From positions 1 to 35,572 of the forward strand of contig DATBWO010000019.1 in assembly GCA_036514775.1 (NCBI GenBank): 35,572 nucleotides of DNA. Reading direction: 5' to 3'. Position numbers and translations under genes: made by a program. The DNA is from Dehalococcoidia bacterium (lineage in GTDB: Bacteria > Chloroflexota > Dehalococcoidia > GIF9 > AB-539-J10). The notes under the pieces are model-generated. The model was not told the origin of the DNA. It did no database searches and worked only from the letters and a program-made list of their open reading frames with translations. This document shows, piece by piece, positions 27,552 to 35,445 of this stretch. Within the stretch, counting starts at the first letter, position 1. Each line of letters begins with the position of its first letter.

Positions 27552-28709
27552 TCATTCCCTCATCATTGCCTCGGCAACAAGCTCAGTTATATCTTTAACC
27601 TGCATAGTCTCTGCCTTGCCCATAGAGAGCACACTGTCCCTATAGTTGAGGAAGCAATAAGGGCAGGCAAGAGCTATAATATCAGCGCCTTTTTCAACAG
27701 CCTGCTCCACTCTTATATCAGAGAACCTTTCCCCTTTCGGCGTATCCATCCAGATTCTACCACCGCCACCACCACAACAAAGACCATCTTCACGAGCATC
27801 GGGAAACTCTATTAATTCCAAGCCGGGAATGCTTTGCAGGATCTTCCTTGGCTCATCATAAATATTATTATGTCTACCCAGATAGCAAGGGTCAGAATAA
27901 ATTACCTTTTTGTTTATCTCTCTGGATAGCTTTAATTTCCCTTGTTCGATAAGCGAAGCCAGGTATTGGGTGGTATGAAGTACTTCGAATTTACTCCCTA
28001 GCTCAGGATATTCATTCTTAAATGTGTGGTAGCAATGAGGTGAGGAAACTACCACGGTCTTAACGCCCTTGCTGTTAAAGAGATTAATATTGTTTTGAGC
28101 CAGACTTTGAAACGTCTCTTCATGCCCGGCTTTTCTAATTGCCTCGCCACAGCATTTTGCTTCAGTGCCTATAAGGCCATAATCAATCCCAAGCTTATTG
28201 AAGATTGTGGCATTAGCCCGAGCCACTGTTTTTGTATCGGGGTCATAGGATGGAACACAGCACGGAAAATAAAGTATTTCGGTACCCGGAGCAAAAAATT
28301 TCACATTAAGGTCTTTAGCCCAGTCATTTCGCTTTTCCGCCGCCTCACCAAACGGATTACCTACACCGGCAATGTTCTTAGCTGAAATCCTCAAGGCATC
28401 AGGGACAACTCCGATGCCCAGGCTAGCTACGGCTCGGCGTATAGCTCTCATTACATCGATTATCTCGACGCCTCGAGGGCAGCGCTGAACGCAAGCCCCA
28501 CAGGTAGCGCAGATCCAAACGTCCTCAGCCGCGAAATCAGTTGCTCCCAGTTGAGCTTCATGCATGATGCGGCGAACCATAAAGCTTCGCACTGTATTCC
28601 AGGGACAGGTTCCGGTGCATAGACCACACTGGTAGCACAATTTAAGGGGTTCACCACCAGCCTCGAGTATCACGTCTGTAGCTTCTTTGTAAGGACTTAG
28701 CACTTTCAT
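27552..28709 (-). CDS. Fused HdrC-HdrB (HdrD-like) Fe-S / CCG-domain protein
   Basis: N-terminal 2x[4Fe-4S] motifs CYQCGLCTGTCP and CATCGACVQRCP. The C-terminal half has two CCG-type cysteine regions (FPCCVPS...KCCGEA; DPCYLG...GLCCGGGGG...ACPYC). No TM segments. Its stop is 1 nt from the hdrA start. Confidence 0.87.
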   Translation of the reverse strand: MKVLSPYKEATDVILEAGGEPLKLCYQCGLCTGTCPWNTVRSFMVRRIMHEAQLGATDFAAEDVWICATCGACVQRCPRGVEIIDVMRAIRRAVASLGIGVVPDALRISAKNIAGVGNPFGEAAEKRNDWAKDLNVKFFAPGTEILYFPCCVPSYDPDTKTVARANATIFNKLGIDYGLIGTEAKCCGEAIRKAGHEETFQSLAQNNINLFNSKGVKTVVVSSPHCYHTFKNEYPELGSKFEVLHTTQYLASLIEQGKLKLSREINKKVIYSDPCYLGRHNNIYDEPRKILQSIPGLELIEFPDAREDGLCCGGGGGRIWMDTPKGERFSDIRVEQAVEKGADIIALACPYCFLNYRDSVLSMGKAETMQVKDITELVAEAMMRE

Positions 28710-28741
28710 TTTAGTTTACCTGACCTTTCAGAATTGGCTAC

Positions 28742-28785
28742 AAAAAAAGGTGGCCTTACGAAAGCATTGTAACCACCCTTTTTCT
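28742..28785 (-). terminator. Intrinsic terminator (A-tract/stem/T-tract, bidirectional in appearance)
   Basis: Minus strand reads aaagggtgg-ttac-aatgctttc-gtaa-gg-ccacc followed by TTTTTTT. It lies 110 nt after the permease stop and 33 nt before the hdrCB start. Confidence 0.6.
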
Positions 28786-28814
28786 CCGTAACATACATTG
28801 AAGCACGGCTGGGA

Positions 28815-28843
28815 AGTATAACAAATCCCGGCAAAGAAGGCAA
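28815..28843 (-). promoter_or_regulatory. Candidate sigma70 promoter upstream of the terminator hairpin
   Basis: Minus strand reads TTGCCT-17 nt-TATACT. If functional, the terminator at 28742-28785 would lie in the hdr operon leader. Confidence 0.35.
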
Positions 28844-28894
28844 GCCCTCCTGGGACATCACTCGGTTAAGGGGATTACCGATTTAAAGGTGGAT

Positions 28895-30319
28895 TCAGGG
28901 CATAAGGGGTAATTGAATAAGTAACAGTGCTTGGGCAACAAGCAGGGGCAGGAGACCGCCGGCCAAACCAATTAGAATCCATTTACGAAATGTCATAGGA
29001 TAACCTGTCCGCTTTTCCAGCATGCCCAGAGCCATAATATTGGCTGTAGAGCCAACCATGGTGATGTTACCACCATAACACGCACCCTGAAGCAATGCCC
29101 ACCAAATTGGAAAGTTATTAACCCCAGCCGCTCCCAAAGCCTGAACTACGGGGATGAGTGCGGCTACCAAAACCACGTTATCCAGTGCCGCTGAGCCGAG
29201 AGCAGACCCCAAGGCCATAATTATAGTGAGTAACACCGGGCTAGCTGTTAGCCCTGTAAAAGCGTTTGAAATCTTACCGGTAACACTGGTATAGGCAAGA
29301 CAGCCGGCCTTAGAAAACAAGAACATGAAGAAAATCAATGTCCACCAGTCAACACCGCTCTCTAAATATTCCCTGGCCTTGGCTCTTTTCCACAGCATAG
29401 CAATCCCAGCGCCTGCGATGGAAGTAGCCACAAGCAGCGTATCCTTTTCTACACCAAATAGCAGCTCCAGGCGGTAGTGCAAAGCAAGGCAAATCACCAC
29501 ACCGAGGAATAGGGCGATTCCCCCCTTGAAAAAAGTTTTATCTTTTACTTCAGACCATTCGTCCAAAGTAGCAGTGCCGCTTTCTAACTGGGCATTAATC
29601 CGAGTCTTAAGTAATTTGAGGTCACTACGTTGCCATACCAAAATTATGACCACGAGGCAAATGAGGCCAATAAAACTAACTGGGAAAGACCACCTCATAA
29701 AATCTTCAAAAGTCAGTCCAGCTCTGAGGGCTACCAATATTCCAATGGGATTCCCCAGAACAGTCCAAGAACTCCCGATATTTGTGGCCAGCACAACTGC
29801 TATAACATAATTTACTGGGTTAATCTTATAACGTTCGCAAAGCTCAAATACTAGTGCTGTCATAAAAAGTATAGAGGTTACTTCGTCTACACAGGCAGCC
29901 ATAATCGAGGAAAGGAGTAAAAGAGAAATCATGATGCTCCTCGGCTCATATCTAGCCAGTTTGAGCATTTTTATGCCCAGCCAGCGGAAGAAGCCGGTAT
30001 CTCGGAGAAGCGCAACCACTACCATCATGCCTATTAGAAAAACAATAACATCTAGATTCATGAATTCTATGGCATGCTTTATGTCCATTGTGCCAGTGAG
30101 AAGCAAAATCACTATACCTATAAAAGCTATGCCGACCCTGAATCTCCAAAACATTAAAGTCCCCACAACCAAAGATAGAAAAATGGTAGCTGCCAGGGTT
30201 TGGTGCGTATCTCTTAGCCACCAGTAACACAGGAACGCAATTGCTATAATAATGGCCGCGAAAATAGCAAACTGTTTTGGTGTTCCCGGGATACTACCAC
30301 TCTTCAGTTCTTTTACCAT
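28895..30319 (-). CDS. ArsB/NhaD/CitMHS-superfamily anion permease
   Basis: 474 aa, with about 10-12 hydrophobic helices and a central hydrophilic loop. The overall pattern fits citrate-transporter-like/ArsB permeases. No diagnostic motif could be read by eye. Confidence 0.7.
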   Translation of the reverse strand: MVKELKSGSIPGTPKQFAIFAAIIIAIAFLCYWWLRDTHQTLAATIFLSLVVGTLMFWRFRVGIAFIGIVILLLTGTMDIKHAIEFMNLDVIVFLIGMMVVVALLRDTGFFRWLGIKMLKLARYEPRSIMISLLLLSSIMAACVDEVTSILFMTALVFELCERYKINPVNYVIAVVLATNIGSSWTVLGNPIGILVALRAGLTFEDFMRWSFPVSFIGLICLVVIILVWQRSDLKLLKTRINAQLESGTATLDEWSEVKDKTFFKGGIALFLGVVICLALHYRLELLFGVEKDTLLVATSIAGAGIAMLWKRAKAREYLESGVDWWTLIFFMFLFSKAGCLAYTSVTGKISNAFTGLTASPVLLTIIMALGSALGSAALDNVVLVAALIPVVQALGAAGVNNFPIWWALLQGACYGGNITMVGSTANIMALGMLEKRTGYPMTFRKWILIGLAGGLLPLLVAQALLLIQLPLMP

Positions 30320-30323
30320 CTTT

Positions 30324-30737
30324 TTACCTTTTGCCGCGTTCGCTTGCTACTACTCCGAGGACTCCGTTTACTAGCCGTGAAGAAGACTCACTGCCAAAAG
30401 CTTTGGCTAACTCTATAGCCTCATTTATAGCTACCTTGATGGGGGTTTTGTCATCAAATAAAATTTCAAAAATAGCCAGTCGCAAGATATTCCTATCAAT
30501 GATGGACATCTGTTCTACGGGAAAGGCTGGGGCAAACTTTTTAATGAGAGCATCAAGCTCAGATTTGTTCTGCAGCACTCCTCTCACAAGCGCCTCACTG
30601 AAGCTAAGTGCTTCTTGATTCAATGTTTCCCCGGCTCTTAAGCGAGCTAAAGCTTCCTCCAATTTGTGCTTCGCGCAATCAAGCTCATAAAGCACCTGGA
30701 GAGCAGCGATTCTTGCCTTTCGCCTGATACCAACCAT
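30324..30737 (-). CDS. nusB: Transcription antitermination factor NusB
   Basis: RRKARIAALQVLYELD N-terminus, with INEAIELAKAFGSESSSRLVNGVLG near the C-terminus. Confidence 0.93.
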   Translation of the reverse strand: MVGIRRKARIAALQVLYELDCAKHKLEEALARLRAGETLNQEALSFSEALVRGVLQNKSELDALIKKFAPAFPVEQMSIIDRNILRLAIFEILFDDKTPIKVAINEAIELAKAFGSESSSRLVNGVLGVVASERGKR

Positions 30738-30777
30738 TATTTGTTTACCTCTGGGAAACTTCGTTTTTCAGGGGGTA

Positions 30778-31728
30778 CTAGTTAGTCGGGCCTTCTGTAC
30801 GTGCTAGCAGCGCTATATCCTCAACTCCTGATATATTGAAAGTTTGGAGCTCGGACTTGATTCGCCTGATTAAACCGCTAAGCACTTTCCCGGGACCTAT
30901 CTCATAAAAGGCAGTGGCTCCTCTGTGCATCATATATTCCACTGACCCTTGCCATCGGATGCAATTGCGAAGTTGCTTCACTAATTCTGTTTTTATCGAA
31001 TCAACATCGGTTAACGGCCGGGTGGTCAAATTAGATATTACAGGAATAACTGGCGGGTGAAATCTAAAGCTGGAGACGGTTTTACTGAATTCAGCTAAGA
31101 CTGGTTCCATTAAGGCGGAATGAAAAGCCCCGCTAACCTTTAGAGGGATAAGGGCGCGAACACCTCTTGCCTTAGCTAATTTGTTGGCTTCAGCCAAAGC
31201 TTCAATAGCCCCGCTGACTACGATCTGTCCGGGACAATTTATATTGGAGATTTCGGTTCTACTTTGAAGGCATATATCTTTAACTGTTTCTTCATCAAGC
31301 CCTATCACAGCTAGCATGCTCCCGGGATTTTTTAGCCCAGCTTCATACATTAATCTCCCTCTTTCTCGGACAAGCAAAACAGCATCGGCCAAGCTAAGCG
31401 CACCGGCAGCCACCAGAGCAGTATATTCACCCAAGCTATGTCCCGCAACAAAAGTGGGAGATGGGAAATGAGCTATGGTTGCCTCCTCAAGCGCTTTAAG
31501 GCAGGCAATGCTGACGACTAGTATTGCTGGCTGGACGTTATGCGTCTTTGTTAATTCCTCTTCTGGACCTTCAAAGCATAGACGGGAAAGGGAAAAGCCT
31601 AAAGAAGCGTCAGCTTCATCAAAGACTTCCCTGGCTGAAGGATAGCTGTTATACAGGTCCAATCCCATACCAGCGCTTTGGGAGCCCTGCCCTGGGAAGA
31701 CATAAGCTACCTTGGATAACTTGGCCAT
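30778..31728 (-). CDS. fabD: Malonyl-CoA:ACP transacylase
   Basis: YVFPGQGSQSAGMG, the active-site GHSLGEYTAL, and SGAFHS. Confidence 0.93.
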   Translation of the reverse strand: MAKLSKVAYVFPGQGSQSAGMGLDLYNSYPSAREVFDEADASLGFSLSRLCFEGPEEELTKTHNVQPAILVVSIACLKALEEATIAHFPSPTFVAGHSLGEYTALVAAGALSLADAVLLVRERGRLMYEAGLKNPGSMLAVIGLDEETVKDICLQSRTEISNINCPGQIVVSGAIEALAEANKLAKARGVRALIPLKVSGAFHSALMEPVLAEFSKTVSSFRFHPPVIPVISNLTTRPLTDVDSIKTELVKQLRNCIRWQGSVEYMMHRGATAFYEIGPGKVLSGLIRRIKSELQTFNISGVEDIALLARTEGPTN

Positions 31729-31733
31729 GCAAA

Positions 31734-31925
31734 CTATTTCTTGATGGGCTTGACCTCGATTGTTTCTCTATCATTGTACCAGCCACAGTTATGGCAAACA
31801 TGGTGAGATAGCTTGGGGCTGTGACAATGTGGACAAACATCCATAGCCGGTGGGGTTAGTCTAAGGTGGCTGCGCCTTTTCCCCTGGCGCGCTTTAGCAG
31901 TTTTTTTCTTAGGTAGTGGTGCCAT
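31734..31925 (-). CDS. rpmF: 50S ribosomal protein L32
   Basis: 63 aa with the KKKTAKARQGKRRSH N-terminus and the zinc ribbon CPHC...CHNCG. Confidence 0.93.
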   Translation of the reverse strand: MAPLPKKKTAKARQGKRRSHLRLTPPAMDVCPHCHSPKLSHHVCHNCGWYNDRETIEVKPIKK

Positions 31926-32011
31926 TTGAATTCGCCTCCTTCATTTCACCCCACGAAAATCTTACGGTTTTCGTGGGAACCCCGTCAATTCCGAATCAAG
32001 ATCATACGGGG

Positions 32012-32443
32012 TTAGTTCATTCCCGGGCAGTCAAGTCGACATAGTGGTTTCATGGGCAAATTTAACAGTATATATTGCCGTATTAGCTCGCTCAGGTCAA
32101 GTATATTTTTATCATCGATAGTGAACTCTTCCGATTGTTCCGGTGCAGAGGGTGCTAAATCACCAGACACATCAGATATTGGAAGAAATTCTTCTTCCGC
32201 AGTGAAACTTATAGGGCATAAGAATGTATCAAGGCAGCGGCTACATATGAGTTTTACCTCAGCAGTTAGTTTACACTGGGCTAACACTCCCCGACTGATA
32301 TGAATCAACTTTACAGTTCCTTCCACAAAACCTTCAATTTCCTCACCGATTGTCCCGCTTATATCATGGCTTTGGCTAGAGCCAACGGCCTCTTTTAGCA
32401 ACTGAGATATATTTATCGAAGCTCTCAAAGGTTCTCTTTCCAT
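32012..32443 (-). CDS. yceD: YceD/DUF177 family protein
   Basis: Conserved position upstream of rpmF, with CSRCLD ... CRLDCPG cysteine motifs. Confidence 0.85.
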   Translation of the reverse strand: MEREPLRASINISQLLKEAVGSSQSHDISGTIGEEIEGFVEGTVKLIHISRGVLAQCKLTAEVKLICSRCLDTFLCPISFTAEEEFLPISDVSGDLAPSAPEQSEEFTIDDKNILDLSELIRQYILLNLPMKPLCRLDCPGMN

Positions 32444-32550
32444 CTGTCACAGCCTAGAAATTTAAGTCGAGGACAAAGTATAATAACTATTCATAAGAGG
32501 TTCAAGTTTTGGAAGTAAAAAACGATTGTTATATCACCTTGGGCGGAATC

Positions 32551-32588
32551 AGATTCTTCGCCCCGACAAGTCGGGGCTCAGAATGACA
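32551..32588. repeat. Half-copy of the TIR element, inverted orientation
   Basis: The reverse complement of 32551-32588 is identical (38/38) to 20188-20225 (tgtcattctgagccccgacttgtcggggcgaagaatct). Confidence 0.85.
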
Positions 32589-32608
32589 GAAGGGAGTGTT
32601 AAACAATC

Positions 32609-33775
32609 TTGGAGATAGAGAAACTGAAGCTAAAGGTACATGATAGCGTCGAATCACAAAGGCGGCAGCTTATCCAGTTGAGCTTGAATATCCATGATAA
32701 CCCCGAGCTGGGCTTTAAGGAGGAGAAAGCCTCAGCTTGGCTTACTAGCTATCTTGAGAACAGCGGATTTCACGTGGAGCGAGGCATTGCCGGCTTGGCT
32801 ACAGCCTTCCGAGCGACATACGGCGAGGTGAGCCCAAGAATCGCCTTGCTTGCTGAATACGATGCTTTACCCAAAATAGGACATGGCTGCGGGCATAATA
32901 TAATAGGTGTTTCAGCAGTCGGGGCTGCTGTGGCTAGTAAGTCTATCATTGACCAGTTAGGAGGCAGCATTGTGGTTCTGGGTACTCCCGGAGAGGAAGT
33001 CTTCGGTGGCAAGATAGACATGGTGAAAGCGGGAATCTTCAAAGAAATAGATGTGGCTATGATCGTACATCCTAATACCAGGAACATGCCGACCGAAGAT
33101 GCGCTCGCCTGTAGCTCCTTGGAAGTGGAGTTTTTTGGCCAGGCAGCTCACGCTGCTGGTCAACCTCACAGAGGCATAAACGCCCTTGACGCTATGATTT
33201 TAGCTTTCACCTCGATAAATTCACTGCGCCAGCACATAAGAGGGGATGCACGCATCCATGGCATAATCACTGACGGAGGTGAAGCGCCTAACATAGTGCC
33301 TGCCCACAGTGCTGCCGTGTTTTTGGTACGTGCTCTAGATGATGATTATCTTGCTGAGCTGAAGAATAAGGTTCTGAACTGTTTTACAGGCGCATCTGTA
33401 GCTAGCGGGGCAAGATTGGAACATAGATGGAGAGATAGGACTTATGCTCCGATGAAAAACAATATGACCTTAGCCGGGCTATTTAAGCAAAATCTAGAAT
33501 CGCTGGGGCGCAAAGTAGAAGCTTTCGACCCTCATTTTGGCCTGGGCAGCACCGATATGGGAAATGTCAGTCAAGTGGTACCATGCATACATGCCACAGT
33601 AGCCATTGCTCCCCTTGAGGTAGTGATACATACACCGGAGTTTGCCGCAGCCGCCGCTTCGCAAGCAGGACAGCAAGGCTTAATGGATGCAGCCAAGACA
33701 ATGGCTATGACCGTGGCTGATATCCTCCAGCCAGGAACGATTGATAAGATTAAGCAAGAGTTCTACCGTGGTTAA
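32609..33775 (+). CDS. M20-family amidohydrolase (AbgB/hippurate-hydrolase-like)
   Basis: ELGFKEEKAS..., the metal ligands in GHGCGHNIIG, and GTPGEE. 388 aa, TTG start. Confidence 0.85.
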   Translation: MEIEKLKLKVHDSVESQRRQLIQLSLNIHDNPELGFKEEKASAWLTSYLENSGFHVERGIAGLATAFRATYGEVSPRIALLAEYDALPKIGHGCGHNIIGVSAVGAAVASKSIIDQLGGSIVVLGTPGEEVFGGKIDMVKAGIFKEIDVAMIVHPNTRNMPTEDALACSSLEVEFFGQAAHAAGQPHRGINALDAMILAFTSINSLRQHIRGDARIHGIITDGGEAPNIVPAHSAAVFLVRALDDDYLAELKNKVLNCFTGASVASGARLEHRWRDRTYAPMKNNMTLAGLFKQNLESLGRKVEAFDPHFGLGSTDMGNVSQVVPCIHATVAIAPLEVVIHTPEFAAAAASQAGQQGLMDAAKTMAMTVADILQPGTIDKIKQEFYRG

Positions 33776-33896
33776 GGTGGGCGTTTCTAATCCAAAGGCA
33801 AAAGTCGATGGTATAATTAGTGTAAACCTTGTCCCACCTGATATGAGATTGCTGTAATTTCTGAGAAGGCGCAGCTACATATTAAAATTTCAAGCT

Positions 33897-34814
33897 ATGG
33901 GCAAAAATTACCAGGTAGTCATCATTGGTGGTGGACCGGCGGGCCTCACCGCCGGGTTGTATTGTGCCCGCTCGAGGCTTAAGACTTTGCTTATCGAAAA
34001 GGGAGTAATTGGCGGGCAAATAACCAACGCCGAGCGAGTGGAGAATTACCCTGGCTTTCCCAAAGGTATTTCAGGTATTGAGTTAGGACAACTTATCCAT
34101 GAGCAAGCCACTAGCTATGAATTGGAGACCTTGCTTGCCGAGGTTATCAAAGCAGTACCCAGCCCGAGGCATAATCTGGTCAGTACCAGTGAAGGCGATT
34201 TTGTATCTGAGTCGATAATCATTGCCTCTGGCTCGCAATTTCGCAAACTAGGCGTGACCGGGGAAGATAAATTTGTGGGTAAGGGAATTTCCTATTGTGC
34301 TACCTGTGACGGTCCTTTATTCAAAGGTAAAACAGTGGCTGTAATAGGTGGCGGCGATGCTGCCGTCACTGAGGCTCTCTACCTGAGCAAATTTGCTTCC
34401 TCGGTTAAGGTCATCCACCGTCGCAGCCAGCTTCGAGCCAACAAGATATTGCAGGAAAGAGCTATGGCCGAACCCAAGATAGAGTTTATTTGGGATACTG
34501 TAGTAACCCAAATTAAAGGCGATGGGCTAGTTAAGCAACTCATGCTAAAAAGCAACAAAAATGCTAAAATATTAACATTAGAGCTGGCGGGTATTTTTGT
34601 GGCTATCGGCTCAGAGCCCAATAGTGCTCAGTGGCGGGGATTGTTGCCTTTAGATGAAGGGGGCTACATAATCGCCACTGAACTCATGGAAACGAAGATT
34701 CCAGGAATATTTGCTGCTGGAGATGTTCGCCATAATTCAGCCAGGCAGGCGATAACTGCGGCTGGGGATGGCGCTACTGCTGCTATGTCAGCAGAGAGAT
34801 TTCTGTCATTCTGA
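33897..34814 (+). CDS. trxB: Thioredoxin-disulfide reductase
   Basis: VIIGGGPAGLTAGLY, the redox-active CATCDG, the second fold VIGGGDAAVTEA, and FAAGDV. Confidence 0.93.
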   Translation: MGKNYQVVIIGGGPAGLTAGLYCARSRLKTLLIEKGVIGGQITNAERVENYPGFPKGISGIELGQLIHEQATSYELETLLAEVIKAVPSPRHNLVSTSEGDFVSESIIIASGSQFRKLGVTGEDKFVGKGISYCATCDGPLFKGKTVAVIGGGDAAVTEALYLSKFASSVKVIHRRSQLRANKILQERAMAEPKIEFIWDTVVTQIKGDGLVKQLMLKSNKNAKILTLELAGIFVAIGSEPNSAQWRGLLPLDEGGYIIATELMETKIPGIFAAGDVRHNSARQAITAAGDGATAAMSAERFLSF

Positions 34815-34827
34815 GTGAAGCGAGGAG
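34804..34827. repeat. Fragment of the TIR element spanning the trxB stop and the rplI SD
   Basis: tgtcattctgag (identical to the 12-mer at 20188) followed by tgaagcgaggag. It lacks the ccccgac..gtcgggg hairpin core. Confidence 0.6.
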
Positions 34828-34831
34828 TTTT

Positions 34832-35443
34832 ATGAAAGTTGTTTTACTAGAAGACGTCCCCGGAAAGGGAAAAGCTGGAGAGATAAAGGAGGTAAGCAAA
34901 GGGTATGCCAAGAATTTCCTTTTGCCCCGGCGTTTAGCTTTGGTAGCTACCTCTGCGGTCATTAAGCAAGTAGAGTCCAGGCTAGAGAAGGAGAAGCTTG
35001 AGGAAAGTATTGACCGGGATAAACTAGCTGAACTGGCTCAGCAAATTGAGGGGAAGGCAATTCGTTTTAGCGCTCGCATGGGTGCCGGAGAACGCTTGTT
35101 CGGCTCTATTACCGCTGCTGATATAGCTGAAGAATTAAGTCGGGTCATAGGTTCTGTTATTGATAAGAAGAAGATAGACATAGAGGAATCTTTACGCAAA
35201 ACAGGCAGCTATGAAGTAGCCGTTAATTTGGCCAGCGACATTAAGCCGAAAATCACAGTGGTTATCGAGGAAGAGAAAGAGATAGAGATAAAGAAAGAGA
35301 AGGCGAAGGAGAAGACGAAAGCGAAAGAGAAAGCGAAGGAGAAGGAGGACGAGAAGGAGAAAGAGGACGCGAAGGAGAAAAAGAAGGAAAAGAAAGAGGA
35401 GAAGGAGAAGGAGAAGGAGAAGGAGAAGGAGAAGAAAGAGTAA
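34832..35443 (+). CDS. rplI: 50S ribosomal protein L9 with ~55-aa Lys/Glu-rich C-terminal extension
   Basis: MKVVLLEDVPGKGKAGEIKEVSKGYAKNFLLPRRLA N-terminus. The canonical L9 length ends near KITVVIEEE and is followed by a KEKAKEK...EKEKEKEKEKEKKE tail. Confidence 0.9.
   Translation: MKVVLLEDVPGKGKAGEIKEVSKGYAKNFLLPRRLALVATSAVIKQVESRLEKEKLEESIDRDKLAELAQQIEGKAIRFSARMGAGERLFGSITAADIAEELSRVIGSVIDKKKIDIEESLRKTGSYEVAVNLASDIKPKITVVIEEEKEIEIKKEKAKEKTKAKEKAKEKEDEKEKEDAKEKKKEKKEEKEKEKEKEKEKKE
35277..35440 (+). repeat. Purine-rich tract including a perfect (GGAGAA)x6 microsatellite
   Basis: Six perfect GGAGAA units at 35398-35433, an uninterrupted all-purine run at 35371-35440 (70 nt), and only occasional C/T back to ~35277. 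Confidence 0.9.
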
Positions 35444-35445
35444 GC

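Noticed and set aside
33816-33824. Extended -10 (TGGTATAAT) upstream of trxB
   Set aside because: The sequence matches TGnTATAAT, but there is no recognisable -35. The trxB ATG has no SD, so the start and leader are uncertain. This is too weak to list as a feature.
642-34827. Whether the dispersed repeats could be a CRISPR array
   Set aside because: Copies are palindromic, scattered kilobases apart or irregularly spaced, differ in length, and have no cas genes nearby. This is REP/MITE-like behaviour, not CRISPR.
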